DNA of 64,000 nt from Anolis carolinensis (lineage: Eukaryota): contig NW_026943821.1 in NCBI RefSeq assembly GCF_035594765.1, positions 17,515,608 through 17,579,607 of the forward strand, read 5' to 3'. Within the stretch, counting starts at the first letter, position 1; every line of letters begins with the position of its first letter. Shown one piece after another: positions 22,110 to 35,742 of this stretch. The notes under the pieces were generated by a model. The model was not told the DNA's origin and made no database searches. It saw only the letters and a program-made list of their open reading frames with translations. A program made the translations under genes and the position numbers.

Positions 22110-24749
22110 GGTTTCTGTGAGTTTTCTAGGCTATATGGCCATATTCCAGAAGCATTTTCTCCTGAAGTTTTAACCAAATCTATGGCAAGTATTCTCAGAG
22201 CCATAGATGTGGCTGAAACGTCAGGAGAGAATGCTTCTGGAACATGGCCATACAGCCCGGAAAACTCACAGCAACCCAGTGATTCCGGCCATGAAAGCCT
22301 TTGACAACATAATAAAAATAGAGTCTCACTTATCCAACATAAATGGGCCGGTAGAACGTTGGATAAGCGAATATATTAGATAATAAAGAGAGATTAAGAA
22401 AAAGCCTATTAAATGTCAAAATAGGTTATGATTTTACAAATTAAGCACCAAAACATCATGTTATACAACAAATTTGACAGAAAAAGTAGTTCATTACACA
22501 TTAATGATATGTAGTACTGTATTTACGAATTTAGCACCAAAATATCACAATGCATTGAAAACATTGACTACAAAAATGCATTAGATAATCCAGAATGTTG
22601 GATAAGTGAATGTTGGATAAGTGAGACTCTACTGTAATAATAATAATAATAATAATAGCCTTCAAAGTGCTGTTTGTAATTTCAAGACAATTTTAGAGGT
22701 ACTGCTCCCTCTGCCCAGAACTGGCTATGTTCTCTGTGTCTGCTCTATTTGAAATGCAGAGGATGCTGCCATTTTAAAGTAAGACATCATGTTCACAAGT
22801 CTTGTATCTAATTCAAGCCCCACTATCCTGACAAAACAGAACAAACTGCAGCCTTCCAAATGTTACGGTATCAGAATTCCCATCAGCTCTAATCATGGTG
22901 CCTAAGGTAAGGAATACATGAGCTGTAGTCCAGCATCTTGAGGGCCAATCTTTACCTTATTTATTTATTTATTTATTTATTTATTATGATTTACTGTATA
23001 TACTCGAGTATAAGCCTAGTTTTTCAGCCTTTATTTTAAGACTGAAAATGCCCCCCTCGGCTTATACTCGGGTGAGAGTCCTGGTTGACATATTTGGGTC
23101 AGCTTATACTCGAGAATATATGATACATTTATTATTTTTCTCTATTATTGTTGCTACTATTTCATTTATTTTACTCTATTTTTATTATTATTAATAATAC
23201 ATTTATTATTTCACTCTGATCTTATTATTATTGCATTTATTATTTTACATGTATTGTTTTCCTGTATTTATTATTATTATTATTACATGTATTATTTTAC
23301 TCTATTATTATTAAAAGCACATAAGCACATTTACATTGAAGAAGTTGAGAAGAATTATTTGATCAGAGTTGGACAGTCTTGTCTTAAATTTGAGCTTTAT
23401 GTAAATATACAAAAACTTTTAACCTACTGATGCCTCAATTAATGTAATTTTATTAGTGTCTATTTTTATTTCTGAAATTTACCATTCTCGGCTTATACTG
23501 GAGTCAATGTTTTCCCAGTTTTTTTGTGGTAGAATTAGGTGCCTCGGCTTATATTCGGGTCGGCTTATACTCGAGTATATACGGTATTTACTGTACTTAT
23601 ACCCCGCTTTTCTCGCCGCAAAGGGGAACTCAGGGCGGTTTAAAAACTATGGCAATAATTCAATGCCAGATTCAGGAAATAACAATAACAGTAAAACACA
23701 GTATTATAAAACTATAAAAACATATACATATCACTAATCTTTCAGATGATTGGAAGAAAGCTAACTGATGGGCAGTTACCTTTTTGGATATTTTGTGACT
23801 CCAATTTTTATTAACATGGAAAATAGTAGTGGATGATAGGACCTCAAGTCCAATTAGGTGTGCTACAGCTTGCTCAAACCTATAAATCCTTCCAGCCGTT
23901 AAAGAGTCCTCATGCGCAATACCTCATCTAGCCACTAGAGGGGGAGGCAAGTGCATATCCTATCATACCTTTGCCCAGCTTTGAACTTGGCAGTTGTTTA
24001 CATACATTCGGACCTGGCAGGCCAAATTAGGTCCACGGGCCTAGCATTTGACTTATGTGAAGTAGGCACTTGGAAAACAATTAGTATCTGAGTTTTAGGC
24101 ACAATGAGAATGAGTTCCTATCTTTTAACAATGTAAGGAAATGCTCCCTGACTCTATTCCTCTGGAAGTGGCGCTGGATCACAGTGATACATTCTGGCAA
24201 ATCTACTAGATACAAAGGGAAATTATTCTTCACTTGGTGCATTATTTTTATGCAGTATTAAAATTCCATGATAGCAACCGGCCTTAATGACTTTAAAAGG
24301 GAAGGAGACAAAAACATACAGTAGATCAGGGGTCCCCAAACTAAGGCCCGGGGGCAGGATGCGGCCCTCCGAGGTCATTTACCTGGCCCCCGCCTTCAGT
24401 TTTATAGTATAATATTAATTGTAATATTGATAATAATATTATAATGTAATACAACATAACACTAATAATAATACCATATAATAATATTAATTATATATTC
24501 TATATTACATATAATATTACTAATAATATTACAGTATAGTAGTATAGTTCAATATAGTAATATATAATGCTAATATTGTGCTATGCTAATAATATAATAT
24601 ATTGTATGTACATATAATTTGTAAGCCACTTTGAGTCCCCTTTGGGGTCAGAAGGGTGTGATACAAATGTAGTAAATAAATGCAGTAAATAAATAAATAA
24701 TAAATTTTAGACTTAGGGTCACCCAAAGTCTGAAATGACTTGTAGGCAC

Positions 24750-24780
<31 letters not shown>

Positions 24781-27700
24781 CCCTAATTAACTTGACTATC
24801 TCATTGGCCAGAAGCAGGACCACACTTCCCATTGAAATCCTGATCAATGTATGTTGGTTAAAATTGTTTTTATTTTTAAATATTGTATTGTTCTTTCATT
24901 GTTCTTGTTGTTGTTGTTGTTGTTGTTGTTGTTGCTTTTGCACTACAAATAAGACATGTGCAGTGTGCATCGGAATTTGTTTGTATTTTGTTTTTCAAAT
25001 GATAATCCGGCCCCTCAACAATCTGAAGGATTGTGGACCGGCCCTCGGCTTAAAAAGTTTGAGGACCCCTGCAGTAGATTCTCGAATATAAGCCAACCCG
25101 AATATAAGCCGAGGCATCTAATTTTACCACAAAAAAACTGGGAAATCATTTACTCAAGTATAAGCCGAGGGTGAGAAATTTCAGAAATAAAAATAGATAC
25201 CGAAAAATTACATTAATTGAGGCATCAGTAGGTTAAATGTTTTTGAATATTTACATCAAGCTCTAATTTAACTCTGATTAAATCATTATTCTCATCTTCT
25301 TCAATGTAAATGTGCTTATGTATCCTTTTAATAATAATAGAGTAAAATAATACATGTAATAATAATAATAAATACAGGAAAGTAATACCTGTAATAATAA
25401 ATAGAATAATAAATGTAATAATAATATCAGAGTGAATAATAATTGTATTAATAATAATATTAATAATAATAAAAATAGAGTAAAATAAATGTAATAGTAG
25501 CAACAATAATAGAGTACAATAATAAATGTAATAATAATAGAGAAAAATAATAAATGTAATAGTACCAATAATAATCGAGAAAAATAATAAATGTACCTTA
25601 TATTCTCGAGTATAAGCTGACCCAAATATAAACCAACCAGGATTCTCACCCGAGTATAAGCCGAGGGAGGCTTTTTTAGTCCTAAAAAAAGGGCTGAAAA
25701 ACTAGGCTTATACTCCAGTATATACAGTATATAAAATATCAGGGACTAAAAATATCAGGGAATACTAGATAAAATAGATGTTCAAAACTTCCAGGATCAG
25801 ATGGCATCTCTTTAATGCAAGAGATCAGGAAAGAGTAAGTGATGGCAGAACCACTATGTCATGCTTATGGTTATCTCTATTCCGAAGCAGTGTCATTGTG
25901 TGTGTGTAGACACGATTAGGGTGTTGTCAAAGGTGGCTCCCAAACACTGGAATCTCCTTTTTCTTACATGGTCTTAAGAAAGAGCGTTACTGAGGTTTTA
26001 TTAAAATATGCTTTTCATTCTGAGTTCGAACCACGGAACTTTATTTGAGATGCTGCTATCTAGTTCTGTTAGTTGTTCACTTGCTGTCCCATGTTTACGA
26101 CATTTTTCAGGACACAGCAAATACTTTTTATTCGTACAGATAAATAATTTCTACCTACTTTTCATGAAGTCCATTGTTTTCAGGCATATTCCAGGAATTT
26201 GCAGAGATGTTGATGAGACGATTAGTAGCTTTCAAAACAGCAATCCATTCAGGATCATATTCTAGGTGAGCAGATGCATTTGCGTCATGTGGGATCTCTA
26301 CAATCTATACAACAATGAAAATGAGAGAAATGTTGGACCAAAATAACTCTTTTAGTCCTCTTAACATCAAAAAAATTGTGAATTTAAAGCACTATCACCA
26401 CAAAGATAACTGGACTACATTTGCGATATACAACATTTTCCATTCACAGCTGATTACGAGCACTACTATGTCTTACGTCTGGTGATACTGTGTACCAAAC
26501 TGAAACATTGAGACAGTTTTACCTGCAGGAAGTCTCTGTGAGGCAGGCATTTATCCAGGGCTAGAAATTTAGTTGTCTTTGGCTGCTGATCTTTGCAATT
26601 GGTCTGTAAATAAGAGCAGATACATCACTGGAAAAATTATGGCATGTCATCAACAGCTTAAAATATATTGTTATTTGCTATCCCAGAAACACTGATTTGA
26701 TATATTTATATATTATCCACACTCTATAAACTCATGTTTGTTTAAAAGTTTTAGTAAAAAAATTAACCCAAAAAACTTGGATCGACTGAGCCAGAGGTCA
26801 ATGTAAATATTGTGCTTTATAAAAAAGAAACCAGCCCTTTATTGGTGGTTACAGTGCAAGCAAATGTGCAAGACATACTATAACACAGTAACGTTCTGAC
26901 CTTCATCACACTCTAAACAGGGAATTCACTAAGGACTGTGACTACCAAAGAGATGTAAACTACAGTAGAGTCTCACTTATCCAAGCTAAACAGGCCAGCA
27001 GAAGCTTGGATAAGCAAATGTCTTGGATAATAAGGAGGGATTAAGGAAAAGCCTACTAAACATCAAATGAGGTTATGATTTTACAAATGAAGCACCAAAA
27101 CTTCATGTTATACAACAAATTTGACAGAAAAAGTAGTTCAATACGCAGTAATGTTATGTAGTAATTACTGTATTTACGAATGTAGCATCAAAATATCACG
27201 ATATATTGAAAACATTGACTACAAAAATGGCTTGGATTATCCAGAAGCTTGGATAAGCGAGGCTTGGATAAGTGAGACTCTACTGTATAAGTATTTCAAT
27301 AAATTATTTACTAGTCTTATTTTCAACAAACAAGAATATCAAGAAATTGCCATTTTCCAAAAATAAGTCTGAGATTTTCCTCTCTTATTTGTGGTGGATT
27401 TGACGAGTGGGAAAAATCTTGTCTGGAGCTAGGCAATTTTATGTCTTAAAGATACGTAAGTGGATTGACAGCGCCAATATGTTTTTATACTAAATTCAGG
27501 GCTATGATGTGCTGTTGCCAATAACAAAAAGGTATCAGTTTCCAACTCAACAGAAATCTGGTAGTTTAACAATACTGGCTTGGATCGTGAGTAGTCTTAT
27601 GCTAACCAGAGCATTCTGTGCTCCATGAAGGAGTGTTCTTGCTGTATGTGGTGGGACAGACTATTTTTCAGTTCTATGGAAATTGTTCTTCTGTATTTAC

Positions 27701-30700
27701 ATTTCTGAAGCAATGTTGGGTGAGCTACTAACAATCTCCCTCCTTCTCCAGCTCCTTCCATCAATGGGAACCTTTGACTGATAACTTGTCCTTTCATGAA
27801 TAGAAAGTGTCCTCTTATTTTGGAAAGGAACTCAGGCTCCAATCTTGGATCCCTTGGGAAATTTATATTTTTATAGTTATAAGCTATGCCGATACCTGTC
27901 TGCTGCAAAGCATTATTTCAAAATATCAGCCCATAATTATTTATCTTATACTCCTATCTTCATTAAAAAAAACTGTCCACCAGTGCACACACCAATTTCA
28001 ATAGCTGCAAAGCTGGATAACTATGTTTTATTTACCTTATTTATTTATTTGCTACATTTATAGGCCGCCCTTCTCACCCCGAAGGGGACTCAGAACGGCT
28101 TACAAATTAAATTTACATACAATATTATATTATTAGCATAGTACAATACTGGCAATAAATTACTATATTGTACTATATCAATATATTGTAATATTATTAG
28201 TAATATTACATGTAAAATATAATATATAACTAATATTATTATATTGTAGTATTAGTATTATATTGTATTACAATATAATATTATGAATATTATATGTATA
28301 TACAATGTAATAATTATTATATATTATTGTAAATTATATTGTGTATATGTGTGTGTGTGCATATATATATAACTAGCATAGCATGTTATTATTACCTTGT
28401 GCTGCATCCATGCTGCAAATTTCACATGTAAATGGGCCGAGAACCAGTAGGTGGGCTTCAAGTGCTCCAGGAGCTCTGAGGCAGCAGGGCTCCCCAAAGT
28501 GTTGCTCTCCACTTCTTGGAGGAAGAAGGATTTCTTTTTAAGGAGCAACTTCTTGTTTCCATAATGATAGATACTTCTTGGCCAGTCATGGGACATAAAT
28601 ATATCCATAGGTTGTTTTAGCTATTAGGAATGAAAGGAACGCAATACAAATGAGGCACAACTGCCTTTACAATAAAGTAGCAGAATATTACATAATGTCA
28701 AGAACAATGTTAAAACATTATTATCTTTCGTTCTCATGCGAAACTGTTTGTATGCTGAGATGGGGAATCTGTGTCCCCCCAGGTGCTATTGGATTACAGC
28801 TCCCACAAATTGTTGACAGTAATCCAAGTTAAAAAGGGCTTACAATGTCAAGAACACATGGAAATGCTCAAGTTCTCTCCCGCCACCCGCATTTTACTCA
28901 GCCTAGTCTCCTTTCAGACTCACACATGTTTGTCTCCTCTCCCTATAAGGTAATTTAGGACAGATGAACCATATTTTATGGCTGCAATGGAATATACTGA
29001 CCTGCTTTAGCTTAAAGACTTCAATGTTTCTTACATGGTAGACACTTCTTATTGTCTGCTGGTTGTATGGTGGGCATTCAAAGTGACCTGAAACAAGTCA
29101 AAGAAGCACCGAACTGAACAAACTAGTTATAGTAGTCTCACTTATCCAACATAAATGGGCCAGCAGAATGTTGGATAAGCAAAAATGTCGGATAATAAGG
29201 AGGGATTAAGGAAAAGCCTATTAAACATCGAATTACGTTATATTTTACAAATTAAGGACCAAAACATCATGTTTTACAACAAATTGACAGAAAAGGCAGT
29301 TCAATACACAGTAACGTTATGTAGCAATTACTTTATTTACGAATTTAGCACCAAAACATCTCAATGTATTGAAAACATAGAATCATAGAATCATAGAATC
29401 ATAGAATAGTAGAGTTGGAAGAGACCACATGGGCCATCTAGTTCAACCCCCTGCTAAGAAGCAGGAAATAGCATTCAAAGCACCCCCGACAGATGGCCAT
29501 CCAGCCTCTGCTTAAAAGCCTCCAAGGAAGGAGCCTCCACCACGGCCCCGGGGAGAGAGTTCCACTGTCGAACAGCTCTCACAGTGAGGAAGTTCTACAA
29601 AACTACAAAAACATTGACTACTAAGAGGCAGATTGCGTTGGATAATCTAGAAGGTTGGATAAGTGAAGGTTGGATAAGCGAAACTCTGCTGTATAAAAAT
29701 AAAGGCTATGTTACCCAAAACCCTTCAATTCATGTAGTCTCAGTAATAATAAAATGGCTAGTGACACAAGACTATCATTTAAGCATCTGTATCTATGTTG
29801 GGACTCTGATGCTTAATGTTGTGAGTTAACATATCATGAAAGAGTTGAGCCTTAAGGCCTGGATGCAAACTTCCTTTATGTCTACCATCAGTATTCCCTT
29901 CAGACATCACATAGTATAAATATTCTTGTACTATCTGCTTTATGTGGGACATGAACTACACTGACAAAATGCTTGCTACAAGGAGGGGGAAATGTTAACC
30001 ATGGCTCCCCTTCACATCTGAACCAGACCTCAGAAACAACAAAGACAAGCCACTTGCATGCAAAGAGATTGATAGCAAAAAAATCACACTACAATGTCGT
30101 GTTTGTTTTAAATCTGAGCATGCAAAATTACACCTAAACATACCTTTTCTGTAATCATGAGATTTGAAGATGCCAGAAAGTCCACCAATCCTTACACCAC
30201 GATACTTGACTACACCAGCATAACCTGAAGGGGAAGAAAGGTACACTGATGAACACGTGCAGTTCAATCTATATATATAAAAGAGTGATGGCATCAGGGC
30301 AGCGGACAAAACAACAAAACTACAGGCCCCCCAACCTCGAAATTTGACAACACAACCCATCATTCACGGCTCTAGGTTGATACAACAAAAAGAAAAGAAA
30401 AATAAAGTCCTAATTACAGGGAGAGGAATAATAGTTTTTATCCAATTGCTGCCACTTTGAAGGCTAAGCTCCACCCACTTGGTCTCCTAGCAACCTCCTC
30501 AGCCCAGGGGACAGGCACAGTTAGGCCTCACTTAGGCCTCTTCCACAGATTATCAGATTTGAACTGGATTATATGGCAGTGTAGATTCAAGGCCCTTCCA
30601 CACAGCTATATAACCCATTTAGAATCTTATATTATCTGCTTTGCACTGGATTATCTTGAGTCCACACTGCCATATAATCCACTTCAGTGTGCATACTAAA

Positions 30701-33024
30701 CATAAAGACAACTATACAACAGACATTCAATACCACCACTACCTCAACAATTTCTCACCAACACCACCAGACAACACCACAGCAACGCGTGGCCGGGCAC
30801 AGCTAGTGTTATATATGAAAGCTAATGCATACACTTATCACAAATCACTCATTAGCCATTAAACCCATTGGGCCATTGACTTCATCACCCCAACCTACCT
30901 CGCAAAGATATTGAGGATTTTTTTATGGTATTAGAAGCAACCTGAGAACATACTGCAAGCTCACTCCATCTCACGGATTCAAACCGGCAAGCTTCAGGTC
31001 AGCAACCCAACTTTCAGTCAGCAGTTCAGTCGGCACAAGGGTTTAACCCACTGCACCACCATGGCTGATATATTGGGGATAACATGTGTCGACAGCTATA
31101 ATGCCTTTGAGGAAAGGTAAGACACAACTACAACCAGTAATACGAAATGCTCTTTTGTCTCTTTTTGCAACCAGTAATTCTGTTCCCTCTTATTCCACAG
31201 GTCTCTTAACTCCAATCTTACTAAATGATTAAGACTGCAAGTAAAATTCAATACCAAGGTAGTAGATGTTGGGTGCCACCCATCCACCGTACGGTAGTTC
31301 CTGCAAATGGTTGGAGGCTTCATGGTTTCCCCCAATAAAGATGGTCAGGACAGGGGCCTTCTTCTCTCCTGAGTAATACCTAAGATAACACAGATAAAGA
31401 CAAAGAATTTAGTCTACATCTTTGCACTTGTTGATGGTTTTAGGTCAGTGGAAGCCAGAGGGCCAGTACTAATAAACTCAGTTCAAATAAATTTGCATAT
31501 TGCTGTTGCAGGATGAAAAGATGAGATGTAAATAAAGGAACAATAACAACTATTTTTGTACCCTGCCTCCATCGCCCCAAGGGGACTCAGAGCGCTTTAT
31601 GAGGGAAAAGCAGAAACAGTCACAAAGAAAATGCATACAGTAGTATTTATTCATAATATATATATAGGTAAAGGTAAAGGTTTCCCCTGACATTAAGTCC
31701 AGTCGTGACCGACTCTGGGGGTTGGTGCACATATCCATTTCTAAGCCGAAGAGCCGGCGCTGTCCATAGACTCCTCCAAGGTCATGTGGCCGGCATGACT
31801 GCATGGAGCGCCGTTACCTTCCCACCGGAGCGGTATCTATTGATCTACTCACATTTGCATGTTTTCAAACTGCTAGGTTGGCAGGAGTTGGGGCTAACAG
31901 TGGGCGCTCATTCCGCTCCCGGAATTTGAACCTGGGATCTTTTGATCCGCAAGTTCAGCAACTCAGCACTTTAAGACACTGCGCCACCAGGGGCCCCAAT
32001 ATATATATATATATATATATCCACACACACATATAAAATTGTTATTATATTGATTTGGGATTATTTATTTTATGGAATTTAACTGATTTTTAAAATATCA
32101 TTGATGTTTAATTCTAATATTTGTTGATTTGTAGATTTTAAAAGGTATTGAAATGCTTTCCACGTAAGCCTCTTTGAGTCTCCTTGTGGAGAGAAAACGG
32201 GAGTACAAATACAGTAGAGTCTCACTTATCCAACACTTGCTTATCCAACGTTCTGGATTATCCAACGCATTTTTGTAGTCAATGTTTTCAATACATCATG
32301 ATATTTTGGTGTTAAATTCGTAAATACAGTAATTACTACATAACATTACTGTGTATTGAACTACTTTTTCTGCCAAATTTGTTGTCTAACATGATGTTTT
32401 GGTGCTTAATTTGTAAAATCATACCCTAATTTAATGTTTAATAGGCTTTTCCTTAATCTCTCCTTATTATCCAACATATTCGCTTATCCAACGTTCTGCC
32501 AGCCCGTTTACGTTGGATAAGTGAGACTCTACTGTAAACGACATTATTACTATTATTATTATTGTGCTGACGAAGGCTTTCATTGATGGAATCACTGGGT
32601 TGCTGTGAATTTTCCGGGCCATGTTCCAGAAGCATTCTCTCCTGACGTTTCGCCTACATCTGCGGATGCCTGCCACAGATGAGGGCGAAACGTCAGGAGA
32701 GAATGCTTCCGGGACATGGCCTGGAAAACTCACAGCAACCCTGTGATTCCGGCTATGAAAGTATTTGACAACACATTGAACATCATCATAATCATGATTA
32801 TCATCATCACAATGGCGTTCTCACCGGGCGAAGCCGCCCAGCTGGCGGTATTTGGCGGGCACGGCCATGCAGCGGAGGTCTCCGGCGTCGCGCACGGCCT
32901 GGAAGTCCCCGGCGCAGAGGAGCAAGTCGGGTAGGGCCTGGCCGCGGCGCTCTTCCAGGAACTGCAGCGTCTCGTAGAGTTTGTCCAGCGCGCCATGACA
33001 GCAGCCCGCGATTGCCACCTTCAT
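21081..33024 (-). CDS. DBR1: Lariat debranching enzyme, 8 coding exons, 541 aa
   Basis: Exons 33024-32825, 31379-31255, 30224-30144, 29087-29002, 28620-28396, 26603-26523, 26304-26159, 21762-21081. Metallophosphoesterase motifs GCCHG, GDFQ, GGNHE, SHDWP, SAHLH; [15 protein letters not shown]; C-terminal [11 protein letters not shown]. Confidence 0.97.
22994..23584. mobile_element. Tc2-like (TcMar) non-autonomous element
   Basis: TIR C(T/C)GTATATACTCGAGTATAAGCC, TA flanks. Confidence 0.8.
24327..25071 (+). mobile_element. Non-autonomous hAT element with AT-rich interior
   Basis: TIR CAGGGGTCC(C/T)CAAACT; 8-bp TSD CAGTAGAT. Confidence 0.9.
25072..25727. mobile_element. Tc2-like element, inverted relative to the 22994 copy
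   Basis: Reverse-complement homology; its first 8 bp are duplicated at 24319-24326 by the hAT insertion. Confidence 0.8.
26159..26304 (-). CDS. DBR1: DBR1 exon 7
   Basis: [33 protein letters not shown]. Confidence 0.93.
26523..26603 (-). CDS. DBR1: DBR1 exon 6
   Basis: [27 protein letters not shown]. Confidence 0.95.
28396..28620 (-). CDS. DBR1: DBR1 exon 5
   Basis: [32 protein letters not shown]. Confidence 0.95.
29002..29087 (-). CDS. DBR1: DBR1 exon 4
   Basis: [28 protein letters not shown]. Confidence 0.95.
30144..30224 (-). CDS. DBR1: DBR1 exon 3
   Basis: [26 protein letters not shown]. Confidence 0.95.
30268..30806 (+). mobile_element. Non-autonomous Helitron
   Basis: A|TC..hairpin..CTAG|T, no TSD. 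Confidence 0.88.
31255..31379 (-). CDS. DBR1: DBR1 exon 2
   Basis: [41 protein letters not shown]. Confidence 0.95.
32825..33024 (-). CDS. DBR1: DBR1 exon 1
   Basis: [24 protein letters not shown]; donor GTGAGA. Confidence 0.95.
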
Positions 33025-33175
33025 CTTGCCCGCTCTGCGCAGGCGCACTGAAAATCTCCCCTTGGCATCCTTTGCGCAGGCGCCGGCGGAGAGCAGTCAT
33101 TGGACAGACCAATACAGGCGACTTCCTTTTCCGGACGCAAGTAAAGAAAGGTTTCCCTCAGAAGGAAGGATCACG
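33025..33175 (-). promoter_or_regulatory. DBR1 proximal promoter / 5'UTR
   Basis: CpG-rich; CCAAT motifs near 33100-33112; ETS-like CCGGAA/GGAAGT on the minus strand near 33120-33135. Confidence 0.6.
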
Positions 33176-34790
33176 AAAGACACTGCAGAGTAACTCAACC
33201 AGAGAAGTCAGCCATAGCAGAGCACTCGGTGAACCAACCTCGAGACATCATATTATTTGAGAATACAGAAATGCTGGTCCACTCTCACAACCACCGTGTC
33301 AGAGAAGCCACTGAAATCCACAAGCATGTGGACAATTTCAACAGAAAGGAGGAAGCCATGAAAATGAACAAAACCTAGCTACCAGTATTAAAAAAACAAA
33401 AAACAAAAAAAACTAAAATCAGGACAGTCAATAAAGAACAACACTCAGAAAACAAGGGAATTCCAGACAAGAAACAATCAGGGCCAGCTAACACTTCCCA
33501 ACAAAGGACTCCCCCCAGGCAGGAAGCCATCATGCTTTGAAGCTTCATTCGATGCTAATCAACATGGCCAATTGCAACATTCACACTTTCCTCAAACAGA
33601 TAAGAGTTCTGTCTCCTACCCTGGACATTCCACAGATACATAAACCACACTTGCCTAGTTTGCAACAAACCTCACAAGTAAGTAAGTAATTAAGTAACTT
33701 TATTTTTCTACCCTGCCACCATCTCCCCGCAGGGATTCGGGGTGGCTAACAAAACAAGTACAGTAGAGTCTTACTTAAGGTAAAAGGTATTCCCCTGACG
33801 TTAAGTCCAGTCATGTCTGACTTTGGGGGTTGGTGCTCATCTCCATTTCTAAGCCAAAGAGCCGGCGTTGTCCAAAGACACCTCCAAGGTCATGTGGCCG
33901 GCATAACTGCATGGAGCGCCGTTACCTTCCCGCCGGAGCAGTACTTATTGATCTATTCACATTGGCATGTTTTCAAACTGCTAGGTTGGCAGGAGCTGGA
34001 GCTAACAGCGGCCGCTCCCGGGGTTTGAACCTGGGACCTTTCGGTCTCCAGATCAGTGCTTTAACGCACTTTGCCACCGGGGCAACATAAACGGGCTGGC
34101 AGAACGTTTGATAAGTGAATATGTTGGATAACAAGGAGAGATTACGGAGAAGCCTATTAGACATCAAATTAGGTTATGATTTTACAAATTAAGCACCAAA
34201 ACATCATGTTATACAACAAATTTGACAGAAAAAGTAGTTCAATACGCAGTAATGGTATGTAGTAATTACTGTATTTACGAATTTAGCACCAAAATATCAC
34301 GATGTATTAAAACATTGACTACAAAAATGCGTTGGATAATCCAGAACGTTAGATAAGTAAATGTTGGATAAATGAGACTCTACTGTACAACAGTTAAGAC
34401 ATATTACAATAAATAAAAAACAATAAAATCATTATAAAAACAATATGTTACATTGATCATAAAAACGCATTAAAAGCACAACATGAGTAAAAACAAAACC
34501 AAATGAAATGAACCACCAGGTTGATGGAGGGGGATGGTGTGGAGGGGACATTTAAACTAAAGTACAGTAATATAGTTATAAAGTGCTGTGGGGCAAACGA
34601 CAAGATGGAAAAATGTCTTAACCATTTGAAGGGGATGGACGTCCGGTTAATTATAGAGAGGGAACACAACCTCTGAGGGTACCTGCCATAGATGTGGGTG
34701 AAATGTCAGGAGAGAATGCTTCTGTAACTTGACAATACAGCCCAGAAAACTCACAGCAACCCAGTGATTCCGGCCATGAAAGTCTTCCAC
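33175..34790 (+). mobile_element. Penelope-like element 3' part (GIY-YIG C-terminus + pLTR), split by an L2/MITE/SINE insert at about 33678-34664
   Basis: Decayed TQPEKSAIAEH..LFENTEML..EIHKHVDNFNRKEE; pLTR resumes with a degenerate hammerhead at 34670-34710. Confidence 0.75.
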
Positions 34791-35675
34791 AGGCCTCAAA
34801 CTGGTTCCTGGATTTTCTGTGTAATCCTCTGACTTCCAATACCGGTTTGAAACTGCATTAAATAGTCAATATCAGGGACACTTGGGCATCTTGAGTATTC
34901 TAACAAGTTTGGTCCAGATCCATCATTGTCTAAGTCCACAGTGTTCTCTGGATGTAGGTGAACTACAATGCCAAAATTCAAAGTCAGTTCCCACCAAACT
35001 CTTCCAGTATTTTCTGTTGGTCATGGGAGTTCTGTGTGCCAAGTTTGGTTCAATTCCATCATTGGTGGAGTTCAGAATGCGCTTTGATTGTAGGTAAACT
35101 ATAAATCCCAGAAACTACAACTCCCGAATGACAAAATCAATCCCCTCAACCCCACCAGTATTCAAATTTGGGCATACTGGGTATTTGTGCCAAATTTGGC
35201 CCAGCTGATGAAAATACATCCTGCAAATCAGGTATTTCTACTACTTTCCTACAAGTGCCAAAAATATTGAATAAAACATTTCTGCACTAAACATTAATTG
35301 TGAAGTTTTTCAAAAGACCTTAGAAATAATTTCAGGATTATTTCTGTGCTTTCCTCCAAGATGTTGATTGCACCATATGAGCAGCTTCAGTTTTCTCTCT
35401 CCAAGTCAGTTACACAACTTTTTGGAAAATACCAGAATTGAAATTAGCTAAACCTATGACTGAACCTAAATTACACGTGGCCACACCTTCCTGAGCAATG
35501 TGTGGAGGCAGGATCCAGTAGCAGCAGCTCTCAAGTTAACTGTAGGAGCAGTCTATCTTCTATAGGAACAGCGAAGGAGATCATCCTACAATCAGCACTC
35601 CACTTGGATCATGTAGTGGTTCTGGGCCCCAGAGCAGAAAATGCCACCTCCAGCTACATCCGGGCAAACTTCCTA

Positions 35676-35742
35676 ATGTACATTGAAATGGCAATTGGCT
35701 CCCATTCCTTTTTCTTTTTCTTGATGCCACTTTTCATCTCAG
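35676..35742 (+). CDS. IL20RB: IL20RB exon 1 (signal peptide; start ATG 35676 or 35688)
   Basis: MYIEMAIGSHSFFFFLMPLFIS+G|GTAGGT; phase 1 fits next exon. Confidence 0.7.

Noticed and set aside
24410-24620. Very AT-rich pseudo-repeats here and at 28110-28340
   Set aside because: Interior of the hAT family and an inverted fragment of it; not a CRISPR array or independent satellite.
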